This document shows positions 7,963-16,612 of a DNA stretch of 33,623 nucleotides, one piece after another. This DNA is from a virus. Position 1 is the stretch's first letter, and each line of letters opens with the position of its first letter. The notes below the pieces were generated by a model. It was not told the DNA's origin. It was given only the letters and a program-made list of their open reading frames with translations, and ran no database searches. The DNA is taken from IMG/VR virus record IMGVR_UViG_3300035698_011402. One strand, 5' to 3'. The position numbers were made by a program, and so were the translations under genes.

Positions 7963-8656
7963 AACAATATCAGTTGGTGAACATTTTGAGGACTGTCGCT
8001 ATCATCCATGTCTTTGCGTATGGGTTGATCCTGACGACTATACTCACATCAAGGGCAAGTCATTAGTCAACATGAGTGAAGGGTGTTGTTCTATTGGTCA
8101 TTGTGGTATCGTCGCATTTACTAAAGAAGAGGCTTTAGACGCCCAGCGTCAGTGTAATGATATTGGTTTCGATGAATATGTAAACAAAAGAGAAAAAGAA
8201 GAAAATATCGCTCGAAGCGATGCGACCCTGACAATCATGGTAGGATTGCCTAGGTCAGGTAAAACCACATGGATTAAAGAAAACCTAGAAGACAACATTG
8301 TTGTAAGTAACGATTGGATTCGGGAAAACATTCTTCAAGCTCCGTACAGTGATGCAATCAAACCTACAATATGGATGATTACTGATGCGACTATCAGAAT
8401 ACTTTTATCTCAGGGTAAAAATGTTATACTTGATGGCACTAATGTAAATCCTTTTGAGAGGAAGTTCTTTGTTGAGCTGGCTCGGTCATGCCATGCCGCC
8501 ATTCGCATTGTTCACATAACAACCTCTTTAGAGGTTTGTCTACAGAGAAATAAAACTCCTGAAGGGCATAAGCTTCATGGAGATTACTTGATGGGTGTGG
8601 CTAGTAGATTCGTTCTTCCAAAAACACACGAATATGATTCTTTAATTTGTATCTAA
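7946..8656 (+). CDS. polynucleotide 5'-kinase (T4 Pnk kinase-domain-like P-loop protein) with Cys-rich N-terminal domain
   Basis: Walker A GLPRSGKTTW, then ...VVSNDWIRENI...VILDGTNVNPFERKFFVELA...RIVHITTSLEVCLQRNKT, matching the T4 Pnk kinase domain order (GCPGSGKSTW...NINRDDYRQ...ISDTNLNPERR...); start uncertain (7826 or 7946). Confidence 0.65.
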   Translation: MNYNPKTISVGEHFEDCRYHPCLCVWVDPDDYTHIKGKSLVNMSEGCCSIGHCGIVAFTKEEALDAQRQCNDIGFDEYVNKREKEENIARSDATLTIMVGLPRSGKTTWIKENLEDNIVVSNDWIRENILQAPYSDAIKPTIWMITDATIRILLSQGKNVILDGTNVNPFERKFFVELARSCHAAIRIVHITTSLEVCLQRNKTPEGHKLHGDYLMGVASRFVLPKTHEYDSLICI

Positions 8657-8679
8657 AAGTTTGTTATAATAGGAACAAA

Positions 8680-8757
8680 AGGACATATTATGAGCGTATT
8701 GGAAAACATAACAGAGAAAGGACATATTATGAGCGTATTGGAAAACATAACAGAGTT
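8680..8757 (+). repeat. perfect tandem duplication (2 x 39 bp) spanning RBS/start of the downstream gene
   Basis: AAAGGACATATTATGAGCGTATTGGAAAACATAACAGAG occurs twice consecutively; gives N-terminus MSVLENITE-KGHI-MSVLENITE. Confidence 0.8.
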
Positions 8758-9094
8758 AGAGATCTCTGATGAAAGCATAGAAAGATGGAATAGAAGACAA
8801 GCTGAGTATGGAGTCACTAAGGATCTTATTAAAAAAGAAATCGGCAAGGCTATGATTCCTGTTGAGATTCGGGATTTGTTTTGTCATTGGCTTTGTATGA
8901 ATGTAAATGATTATGCTGTAATGCGTGAGTTCCTCCATGATGAAATAGATATTTGCAATGACGCCAATCTAATAAAACACGGACGGATGGGGGTGTATCT
9001 TAGTGCGGTTATTATTGTTCATAGGGATTTCGACAATCCTATTGGATATGCAGAAGATGAGTTGCCTGACGATTACCGTCAGGTGTGGAGCTGA
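8690..9094 (+). CDS. hypothetical protein (start duplicated: 8690 or 8729)
   Basis: ORF; TGA stop; extended -10 TGTTATAAT at 8661-8669 upstream. Confidence 0.55.
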   Translation: MSVLENITEKGHIMSVLENITELEISDESIERWNRRQAEYGVTKDLIKKEIGKAMIPVEIRDLFCHWLCMNVNDYAVMREFLHDEIDICNDANLIKHGRMGVYLSAVIIVHRDFDNPIGYAEDELPDDYRQVWS

Positions 9095-9156
9095 GTTGGC
9101 TAGAGCAACTAGTTAACACCCAGTAGGTCGGGGTTCGAGTTTCTTATCGCCCACCA
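9083..9156 (+). ncRNA. degenerate tRNA-like sequence (D-loop AGTTGG, T-loop GGTTCGAGT, 3' CCA) that does not fold into a canonical cloverleaf
   Basis: GGTGTGGAGCTGAGTTGGCTAGAGC...GGGGTTCGAGTTTCTTATCGCCCACCA; acceptor and T-stem pairing could not be made; overlaps the end of the upstream ORF. Confidence 0.3.
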
Positions 9157-9170
9157 TGGAAGGATAAATT

Positions 9171-9470
9171 ATGAAAGACAAATCACAGATGGCTGACTCG
9201 GATATTGACGAATGGATTGCATCGAAATTAAAAGAATCAGATGACATTCCTGAGGACGAACGAGAAGAAATAAACTTAGCGATGGAGAATGTTCTCACGG
9301 TTAGAGTTGCTATCCGAGAAAAATATCCTAAAGGGGATACGTTTGTTATGGACTCTATTGCTTGCCCTATCTGCAAAGATGGCAAAGTTGAATTTATAAT
9401 TAGCGATCATGTCAATGGACACATACATGCTCATTGTTCTAAAGAAGATTGTGTTAGTTGGATGGAATAA
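9171..9470 (+). CDS. small acidic Zn-binding protein
   Basis: ORF with GGAAGGATAAATTATG RBS; CPICKDGK...HIHAHCSKEDC. Confidence 0.5.
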   Translation: MKDKSQMADSDIDEWIASKLKESDDIPEDEREEINLAMENVLTVRVAIREKYPKGDTFVMDSIACPICKDGKVEFIISDHVNGHIHAHCSKEDCVSWME

Positions 9471-9778
9471 AAATGGACAGGCAAAAAGAACTTAAGATAA
9501 AATTAGATGCAAAATTCACGATGGAACATCAGAATTCATTTGAATTTAAAGATTCCAGTGATTATTACGCATATATGGATAAGTTTAATGAACTTTTTGA
9601 AGCAGCCCATGAAGACTCTCGGCTTGGACCTGAAGGAGAATGGATTATCTTAGAGGCTCTTGAGAAAAAGATTGACTCACACAAGCAGACAATCATGAAT
9701 GATTGTTATGAATCTCAGAAAGAAGCAATAGAAATGATGCCTGAGCTAGACGGTATTCGCGACATGGGGGATATGTAG
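9458..9778 (+). CDS. hypothetical acidic protein
   Basis: ORF. Confidence 0.5.
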   Translation: MDGIKMDRQKELKIKLDAKFTMEHQNSFEFKDSSDYYAYMDKFNELFEAAHEDSRLGPEGEWIILEALEKKIDSHKQTIMNDCYESQKEAIEMMPELDGIRDMGDM

Positions 9779-9779
9779 A

Positions 9780-10199
9780 ATGAAACTAGTCATTGGAGAA
9801 GAAATTGTTAAACCCGAAATTCCTAAAGATCAATATTGGGTTCATATTAAATTCATGCATGGAGATGCTGACCAATATGAAATGATGGATTGGTCCTGTG
9901 AAGACGACTTAGAAGCAATGTTGCATTACGAATTGCACATGCTTGAAGAGCACACAGACGCAGATGTTATCGAAGAACTTATCGAAGAACTTAACATAAA
10001 AGAAATTGTGGAAAAATATCTTGACTTAGGTTGTAAGGTTTTGCAGAATGAGAATATTGATGAATATGTGAAAGAATATTTTTACGCAATTCCCGACGAC
10101 TGCACTTGTGACGGACAGTTCAAGGCTGCGGTAGATGAAGTATTGATTACTTACTTTGATAATGATGGTAAAGAGTTCGAGGTCTTGGTAACAGAATGA
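9780..10199 (+). CDS. hypothetical acidic protein
   Basis: ORF. Confidence 0.5.
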   Translation: MKLVIGEEIVKPEIPKDQYWVHIKFMHGDADQYEMMDWSCEDDLEAMLHYELHMLEEHTDADVIEELIEELNIKEIVEKYLDLGCKVLQNENIDEYVKEYFYAIPDDCTCDGQFKAAVDEVLITYFDNDGKEFEVLVTE

Positions 10200-10513
10200 A
10201 CGAAAAACTAAAACCATTTCTTGTTGACTTTTCTTGTCAAGTTGTGGTCATGGCAAAAAATTGGAATGATGCAAATCAGGAAGCCTCTTATTTAGAGATG
10301 TCAGACATCACAGAATTTGCCGAGTTTGAGGCATCGGAGGTAACTCAATTTGACGACTTTCCTGATGGTTGGTTGGACAGCATTCCATTTAACTCCCAAG
10401 AGGATAGATGTTGTGGAGCAATTCTAAAAGAAATTATAGAAGAACGAGAGAAAAAAGAGAATTTTGAAAAAGCAGATAAACTACAATACAAATTTTCTTT
10501 TTACACGACGTAA
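10196..10513 (+). CDS. hypothetical acidic protein
   Basis: ORF, ATGA start/stop overlap. Confidence 0.5.
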   Translation: MNEKLKPFLVDFSCQVVVMAKNWNDANQEASYLEMSDITEFAEFEASEVTQFDDFPDGWLDSIPFNSQEDRCCGAILKEIIEEREKKENFEKADKLQYKFSFYTT

Positions 10514-10873
10514 TTGGATGATAGTAAGATGAAACCACTAAAAGTAACTTACGTTAACGGCATGGTATGTATAGACAATGATGATATTGCATTTGGGTGG
10601 ATACCCAATATGTATACAGAAAATAGATCGGGTATTGCTTTACAAATAAATCCAAACATCAACGAACCTGCTTGTGAGAAAATGTGTGCAAAAATTGCCG
10701 AAGCAGTAACAGAATTCAATACACACGACGAAGAAAAACTGTTAAAATTAGCCAAAGCCTACGAAGACGCTCAAGAAAACGACCATTGCCTCATTAGCAA
10801 ACATGAGTGTGAAGGTATGAGTCCATATGAAATAGCGAACTTAATTATACGAGAAATATACGAGGAACAATAA
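10514..10873 (+). CDS. hypothetical protein
   Basis: ORF. Confidence 0.5.
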   Translation: MDDSKMKPLKVTYVNGMVCIDNDDIAFGWIPNMYTENRSGIALQINPNINEPACEKMCAKIAEAVTEFNTHDEEKLLKLAKAYEDAQENDHCLISKHECEGMSPYEIANLIIREIYEEQ

Positions 10874-11688
10874 TGGAAGCATTATGGGCAATACAACAGA
10901 ATATCATGCGTCCCGAACGCTACTTTGCAGTACTTAATGCATGTAAGTACATGGATATACCTCACACAGTATTTAGAGCCTATCCTGACGAACCATCAGA
11001 ACTCGCCAAAAAAGGCTATAGTGAACTTCCCGGTTTTACATACGAAGGACCAACTGTCTTTTGTTCGACCACCTTTGTTGTTCGTAGAGTCCATGAAAGC
11101 GGGTTGTGGAAACCCGGCGTCTATTTTGATGCTGACAACTTCACGGTTAAAGCCTACAGAAAGAATTATGGACCTAACTTCTTAAATGGTGGAGGAGAGA
11201 TAACAACATTGGGAGAGTTTATTGCATCCGACAGAGACCCCGAAGACAAGTTTTTTATTCGTCCTGTCAAAGACCTAAAAGAATTCACAGGTCTTGTCGT
11301 ACAATTTAAAGAGATGCTTGAGTGGGACCCTGCTTCAGACTCAAGAGACTATGCTACTCCTAAAACTGAGATTATTGTAAGCGAACCCGCAGAAATTAAA
11401 AAAGAGTGGAGAGTCGTATTTGTAGATGGCAAGTATTGCAGCGGGAGCAAATATATTGAAAACCACAAACTTTGCGTAGACAGAAATGTAGATGACGTAG
11501 TTAAGACTTATGCTCAAGACATGGCTGATATGTGGTGTCCTGCCCCCGTTTTCGTAATGGACATTTGTCAGCTTGACAATGAAACCTATAAGGTATTAGA
11601 ATGTAACTGCTTTAATTGTTCGGGATACTATGCAGCAGACATCCCCAAAATAGTCAAAACCGTTACTGAGTTTGCATCTCAAGAATAG
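10873..11688 (+). CDS. putative ATP-grasp-like domain protein
   Basis: C-terminal ...WRVVFVDGKYCSG...PVFVMDICQLDNETYKVLECNCFNCSGYY resembles an ATP-grasp C-terminal subdomain (E/N metal ligands); assignment is tentative. Confidence 0.4.
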   Translation: MEALWAIQQNIMRPERYFAVLNACKYMDIPHTVFRAYPDEPSELAKKGYSELPGFTYEGPTVFCSTTFVVRRVHESGLWKPGVYFDADNFTVKAYRKNYGPNFLNGGGEITTLGEFIASDRDPEDKFFIRPVKDLKEFTGLVVQFKEMLEWDPASDSRDYATPKTEIIVSEPAEIKKEWRVVFVDGKYCSGSKYIENHKLCVDRNVDDVVKTYAQDMADMWCPAPVFVMDICQLDNETYKVLECNCFNCSGYYAADIPKIVKTVTEFASQE

Positions 11689-11694
11689 GCACTT

Positions 11695-12354
11695 ATGAGT
11701 TGGTATAGTAAACACAGAAACGCAGGAAAAACAGACAGAGACACAAAAGATTTCGTAACTCTCTATCATGTATCACCTAATAAAATATCCCGTTTTTCTG
11801 CACTCTCTCGGTTTGCAGGTAAAAGTGGAGTCTTTTTATCCCCATCCTATAGATCTGCCATTCGGGATTGGGCACCATACGTTCAAAACAAAAAACAAAA
11901 AAACCATACTCTTCAACATCAATGGTCGGCGTTATATGATAAACTCTATAAACTTGAAGACAAACTCGATAAAACCCCCGAAGATGAAGCTCAAATAACT
12001 CATTTAACTGAGAAACAAGAGCGTTTACAAGAAACGTTAAATAATGACGAATATACACGCTCTATACAAGGCTACAAGACGGTATATATGCATAAGGTTA
12101 GTTGTCCCAAGGATATTAACGAAGCCTCTAAAAAGCTATTAACGGACGAATTTGACCGTCAAGACAAAAACGGGTTGATCGATAGTAATATGGGGTTCTG
12201 GATGTGGGGAGAACAAATATTCGTTCCTGAGGAATATCTCTCAGATTTAAAAGTAATTTCTACTCGTGAATTGAGTGTTGGAGATATCCGTCAAGAAGAT
12301 TCTGATTTAAGATGTCGTAATAGACGAGCGGATAATCCGCCTAAACCCGCCTAA
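11695..12354 (+). CDS. hypothetical protein
   Basis: ORF; in frame with upstream gene across its TAG stop (6-nt gap). Confidence 0.5.
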   Translation: MSWYSKHRNAGKTDRDTKDFVTLYHVSPNKISRFSALSRFAGKSGVFLSPSYRSAIRDWAPYVQNKKQKNHTLQHQWSALYDKLYKLEDKLDKTPEDEAQITHLTEKQERLQETLNNDEYTRSIQGYKTVYMHKVSCPKDINEASKKLLTDEFDRQDKNGLIDSNMGFWMWGEQIFVPEEYLSDLKVISTRELSVGDIRQEDSDLRCRNRRADNPPKPA

Positions 12355-12857
12355 ATAACGGTTGTATCAACGGCTTTATTTACTTCCCGTAACTTATAAT
12401 CGGACAAGTTGAAATAACTCTCAGGTATTTTACCTAAGTTTACATTACATTGATTCATTGTAGCAGCACCAGTAACATTCGGAACATCGGTCTGAACTAG
12501 AACGTTGGGCGTTTGAACTCCTAGTCCGCATTTTCTACAGCGGTTCTTATCACTCGTCCACCCTTGAAATAATCTATGTCCTAACCCCTCGCAAACCTTA
12601 ATTGCTTCTGCTTGCATTTTCTTACGTTTGTCGCAAAGAGGTTTCAATTCAGCTCGGACGGCAGCAGGGTCAACTCCATGGAGTATCCATTGCTCAAGTT
12701 CTGTGAATTTTTTACTTGTACGGTATATTTTCATCTTTAAGTTTATTTCGCTTGCTATGAGTAAAATCCCTTGTATAATAGTAGTTAATGGATAGAAATC
12801 GGCGTAAACCGAAAAAGGGATTGTAGTAGCCCAATTAAACCAGTATCCCCGAAACAC
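12351..12857 (-). CDS. hypothetical Cys-containing protein (only sizeable minus-strand gene in the window; GTG start)
   Basis: 168-aa ORF in a 550-bp stretch where the plus strand has no open frame; weak RBS. Confidence 0.4.
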   Translation of the reverse strand: MFRGYWFNWATTIPFSVYADFYPLTTIIQGILLIASEINLKMKIYRTSKKFTELEQWILHGVDPAAVRAELKPLCDKRKKMQAEAIKVCEGLGHRLFQGWTSDKNRCRKCGLGVQTPNVLVQTDVPNVTGAATMNQCNVNLGKIPESYFNLSDYKLREVNKAVDTTVI

Positions 12858-12905
12858 CCGTAAGACCGCTGTTAGGGTTGGGGCGTCATCACTGAAAGGA
12901 AAACA

Positions 12906-13286
12906 ATGAAGATTATAGTTATGGTTGCAGACTTAAAGAAAAGATGCCAAGAAGTCATCGCTAATGTAGAAGATGCTCAGAAATATGAGGACGACGCAGC
13001 ACTAGATAAAGAAACAGCTACTCGTTCTACTCGAAGATCTTTTTGGATGTTTGGAAGTAAAGTCCATGTGGAAGTCGATAGAGAAGCTTTACGCAAAGAA
13101 ATGATAAAAGCTTGCAGTTCTGATGGTTGGTGGAATTTTCCCGGTTTTCCTAGTCACATTGGCAATAAATGTAAAACTCAGGCTCAAGCAATCTTAGCGG
13201 CTTTAGAAGGACATCAACTAGATACGATAGAGCTAAGTCATCATGATATAAAATTATTCTCAGCATGGACTCAAAGCGAGCACTAA
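12906..13286 (+). CDS. hypothetical protein
   Basis: ORF with GAAAGGAAAACAATG RBS. Confidence 0.55.
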   Translation: MKIIVMVADLKKRCQEVIANVEDAQKYEDDAALDKETATRSTRRSFWMFGSKVHVEVDREALRKEMIKACSSDGWWNFPGFPSHIGNKCKTQAQAILAALEGHQLDTIELSHHDIKLFSAWTQSEH

Positions 13287-13291
13287 ATAAC

Positions 13292-13882
13292 ATGGGTGAA
13301 AAATACAATATCATCTATGCAGCTCCTCCTTGGCTCGAACGAGGGGCAGGAAAAGTAAAGCGTGGTGCTGATCGTCATTATCCATTGATGAAGACTGCTG
13401 ATATTTGTGAACTACCCGTTTCTGAACTCGCTGACGAAAATGCTCATTTATATATGTGGGTTACAAATAACTTTTTACCTGATGGACTTAAGGTTATTGA
13501 CGCATGGGGTTTTCGCTACATTACCATGATAACATGGGTGAAAGACAAAATGGGATTGGGGCAATACTTCCGAGGAAAAACAGAGCATTGTATGTTTGCC
13601 GTAAAAGGGATGTTGCCATACAAGCTTAATGATAGTGGTGGGCGTTGCCAATTCCCTACTGTATTCTTCTCTCGTAGAGAGCGTCATTCATCAAAGCCCG
13701 AACAGATGAGAGAAATTATAGAACTTGTTAGTGGGAAACCCGACAGAAAGAAAATAGAGTTATTTGGTCGTTCTAAGTCTCGTGGATGGGACATATGGGG
13801 CAATCAAACAGAAAGAGCAGACGTTGGTATGTTTGCGGATATGAAAGAACCACACGTTCAGGAGATTCCTAATGCCATGTAG
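13292..13882 (+). CDS. MT-A70 family N6-adenine methyltransferase (DNA MTase-like)
   Basis: IIYAAPPW (DPPW-type catalytic motif) near the N-terminus and HSSKPEQMREIIE near the C-terminus, typical of MT-A70/Dam-like methyltransferases; start chosen at ATG 13292 after the upstream stop. Confidence 0.7.
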   Translation: MGEKYNIIYAAPPWLERGAGKVKRGADRHYPLMKTADICELPVSELADENAHLYMWVTNNFLPDGLKVIDAWGFRYITMITWVKDKMGLGQYFRGKTEHCMFAVKGMLPYKLNDSGGRCQFPTVFFSRRERHSSKPEQMREIIELVSGKPDRKKIELFGRSKSRGWDIWGNQTERADVGMFADMKEPHVQEIPNAM

Positions 13883-14096
13883 ATATTTTGAATTTAATGG
13901 AGGACACGGATTTATTTGTGGTCCCGAAATCTATGAGTTTCAAGGATTCTTATTTGAGTGGCATAGCTATTGTGGACCTTGGCCTTTGAAACGATCTAAT
14001 ATGGACCCTCGTAAAACCATTCCAAAGGGTTTTTGGGACATGATTGAAATTTGGCAAAAGAAACTGAAGTGTGAAAAAGAAAAGTACTTGGTGTAA
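13872..14096 (+). CDS. hypothetical protein
   Basis: ORF overlapping previous stop. Confidence 0.45.
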   Translation: MPCRYFEFNGGHGFICGPEIYEFQGFLFEWHSYCGPWPLKRSNMDPRKTIPKGFWDMIEIWQKKLKCEKEKYLV

Positions 14097-14127
14097 TTGT
14101 GCTAGATAAAGAAGAACAAGGAAGAAA

Positions 14128-14490
14128 ATGAAATTATTAGCATTAGCATTAATATTAGTATTAATTGTGAACACAGTTCATGCTCGTCCTGATTATACAA
14201 ACGGACAATATTATGTTTGGTCAGCGAATTCTGGGCTTATGCCTGAGTTTGCTCTAATGTATATTAATAATTCTGGATGGTTCACAATTAAGAGTAATAT
14301 GGAAAGTGACAATATTGTCAAATGGGTTCCTAACATCCACAAGAGGGTCAAGTGGGCTAAATCAGTAACAGTCAGAGCAGATGGTAAAAAATGTTTTCCT
14401 CGTATACCTGAGAGGGTTTTAGATACATTAGGAATTCCAGAACCTATGAGAGAAGCGTTTTTTATTGCTTTTAAACCACATGTAGAGTAG
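14128..14490 (+). CDS. secreted protein with N-terminal signal peptide
   Basis: MKLLALALILVLIVNTVHA signal-like N-terminus; GGAAGAAAATG RBS. Confidence 0.55.
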   Translation: MKLLALALILVLIVNTVHARPDYTNGQYYVWSANSGLMPEFALMYINNSGWFTIKSNMESDNIVKWVPNIHKRVKWAKSVTVRADGKKCFPRIPERVLDTLGIPEPMREAFFIAFKPHVE

Positions 14491-14507
14491 AAAAGGAATA
14501 AGCTAAT

Positions 14508-14981
14508 ATGACAGATAAAGAAAGAAAGATGTGGAACGACAAATGCGACAAAGAACGGGCAATGGACTTGCTGCTGTTATTGTCTTTTCAAAAAAACATC
14601 AAATATGACTATCCGATTCCCGCAGACTATCATGTTGAAAATCGGATAAGAGCATGGCTTCAACAACCTAAAGTCAAAAAGAAATTCCCTAAGGCTATAC
14701 GTGAACGTGTCGCCGAATCTGTGCATGAAACATATGATGATTACAGTTCTATAAGATATGCTCTCGGAAACAACGATATGTTTGGTCATGAGTGGTTTTT
14801 TGGAATAGCAAACCTCTATAGATGGAGAGAGGGCGAAGCCGAAAAAGCCTTTGAAAATTCGTATAAATGGTTGAGTACAATTGAAAAGAAGTGGATTAAA
14901 AAGGTTCAGTTTGATCTTTGTTTGAAATGGGATGAACTGGATCATCCGCCTAAATTAGATTCCATTATGGAAAAATTCTAA
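14508..14981 (+). CDS. hypothetical protein
   Basis: ORF with AAAAGGAATAAGCTAATATG RBS. Confidence 0.5.
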   Translation: MTDKERKMWNDKCDKERAMDLLLLLSFQKNIKYDYPIPADYHVENRIRAWLQQPKVKKKFPKAIRERVAESVHETYDDYSSIRYALGNNDMFGHEWFFGIANLYRWREGEAEKAFENSYKWLSTIEKKWIKKVQFDLCLKWDELDHPPKLDSIMEKF

Positions 14982-15286
14982 TGAGCTTATGGCATAGAAG
15001 TTTTAGGTCTCATACTGGTGGAACAGGCGATAGCATTCACATTGGAAAATTTTTAATCGAAAGACATAGTAGAACTCCTATATGCTCTTGTAGCTATTGT
15101 AAGGAAGGTAATATTATGCCGAGATTCGTTCTGCCAGAATGCCGGGAATGGAATGCATGGAGAAGCATACGATGGTCTTCGTTTAACTATAACTACATGA
15201 CACGATGGACACTCTATAGGAATAAGTTGTTTGTTACTTTTGTAAAATTCTTTGAAGCTATATTTTTGGAAAGGTACAGTTCATGA
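14981..15286 (+). CDS. questionable ORF (odd composition); a shorter gene from ATG 15116 with AAGGAAGG RBS is possible
   Basis: Track ORF, R/W/C-rich; internal RBS+ATG. Confidence 0.3.
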   Translation: MSLWHRSFRSHTGGTGDSIHIGKFLIERHSRTPICSCSYCKEGNIMPRFVLPECREWNAWRSIRWSSFNYNYMTRWTLYRNKLFVTFVKFFEAIFLERYSS

Positions 15287-15437
15287 AAAAGAAACTCGAA
15301 GGATTTTCATTGACAAAGTTCCGTTCAATAAATTAGGATACTATTTGAAGGACGAAATCAAGGACGAAGAAATCTGATGGACTTTTTAATTGGGGTATTT
15401 TGCGGTATGGCTATAGGAATCACTGTGGGGATATTTC

Positions 15438-15710
15438 TTGATTCGTGGATTCAGGGAAGAAAGAAAAATGAAAATCAAAAAACAAATGCTTAAAACGGGA
15501 CGACCACCTGTAATTTGGAATAATGGGTCAGTCAACATTGTATTAGCTCGACATTCTAGTAAGATATACGCAGAAGACGGAGATAATGCATATATCCCGA
15601 GATGGACAGTAACGAACACCAAGTACTACAATGCCAATCCTAATACTTTTGAAGGGTGGATTGAGCTAGAGGATATGGAAATTCCAGAATGGGTGAAAAT
15701 ACCGATATGA
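15438..15710 (+). CDS. hypothetical protein
   Basis: ORF. Confidence 0.45.
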   Translation: MIRGFREERKMKIKKQMLKTGRPPVIWNNGSVNIVLARHSSKIYAEDGDNAYIPRWTVTNTKYYNANPNTFEGWIELEDMEIPEWVKIPI

Positions 15711-15802
15711 ATAAACAAGTAATTGTAATGCGAAAAGATCTTGGCATGCGTAAGGGTAAAATGTGTGCTCAAGTTGATGAAGGATTTTTGCTCGATTCTT
15801 AA
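15707..15802 (+). pseudogene. 5' remnant of a PTH2-type peptidyl-tRNA hydrolase gene (31 codons)
   Basis: MNKQVIVMRKDLGMRKGKMCAQVDEGF matches the canonical PTH2 N-terminus (VVVVRTDLKMGKGKIAAQ); its first 18 nt are 16/18 identical to the start of the intact PTH2 gene at 16612; separated from it by an HNH gene. Confidence 0.55.
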
Positions 15803-15832
15803 GAATATAATTCATAACTTAAAAGGAGTGTT

Positions 15833-16612
15833 ATGAATTATAAAAGACAATATGAAAATTTAATAGAGAGCAGAAGAGGACGGATAAAAGACGACAAGGA
15901 ATTATATGAAAAGCATCATATAATTCCAAAATGCTTGGGAGGAACAGACAAATCTAAAAATATAGTCCGTTTAACATTCAGAGAACATTTTTTGGCACAT
16001 AAATTACTTGTGAATATTTCAGAGGGTGTAGACAAAATGAAGATGTCCTATGCATTATTTAGAATGTGTAGACCAAACAATAGCTTCCAATTATATAGAA
16101 AAATAAGCAGTAAAAAATATGACAGAATAAAAAAGGCAACTCATGCCTCAATTAGTGGGGAAAACGCATCTTTTTATGGCAGAAGACATACCGAAGAAGC
16201 GAAACTGAAGGTGTCGATTTCACAAACTGGTGAAAACAATTCAATGTATGGTAAAAAAGCTTGGAATAATGGCTTGACAAAAGAAACTTCTGACAAGGTT
16301 AAAAAGCTAGCCGAAGAGCATTCTAGAAAATGGAATAATGGAGAGATTGACACATCCAATATCGGATATAAGACAGACGAAGGCAGATTGGCGATTTCAA
16401 ATGCTCAAAAGGGGAAAGCAAAATCAGAAGAAACAAAGAGAAAAATATCGAATACTTTAAAAGGCAGGAAGCAATCAAAAGAATCGGTGGAAAGAAGGAT
16501 ATCTCTATTAAGGGGTAAAAAGCAAAAGACAGTAACCTGTCCCCATTGTGGAAATAGTGGTGGAACAGCAATGTACAGATGGCATTTTGATAATTGTAGG
16601 GAGATAAAATAG
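15833..16612 (+). CDS. HNH homing endonuclease with NUMOD3-like repeats
   Basis: HHIIPKCLGG...LTFREHFLAH HNH motif; repeated EN(A/N)S(F/M)YG(R/K) and TKRKISNTLKGRKQS DNA-binding repeats; AAAGGAG RBS. Confidence 0.75.
   Translation: MNYKRQYENLIESRRGRIKDDKELYEKHHIIPKCLGGTDKSKNIVRLTFREHFLAHKLLVNISEGVDKMKMSYALFRMCRPNNSFQLYRKISSKKYDRIKKATHASISGENASFYGRRHTEEAKLKVSISQTGENNSMYGKKAWNNGLTKETSDKVKKLAEEHSRKWNNGEIDTSNIGYKTDEGRLAISNAQKGKAKSEETKRKISNTLKGRKQSKESVERRISLLRGKKQKTVTCPHCGNSGGTAMYRWHFDNCREIK

Noticed and set aside
15801-16611. Group I intron carrying the HNH ORF inside the PTH2 gene
   Set aside because: The HNH ORF fills the entire interval between the PTH2 remnant and the intact PTH2 gene, leaving no room for an intron ribozyme core. 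A free-standing homing endonuclease with duplication of the gene's 5' end fits better.
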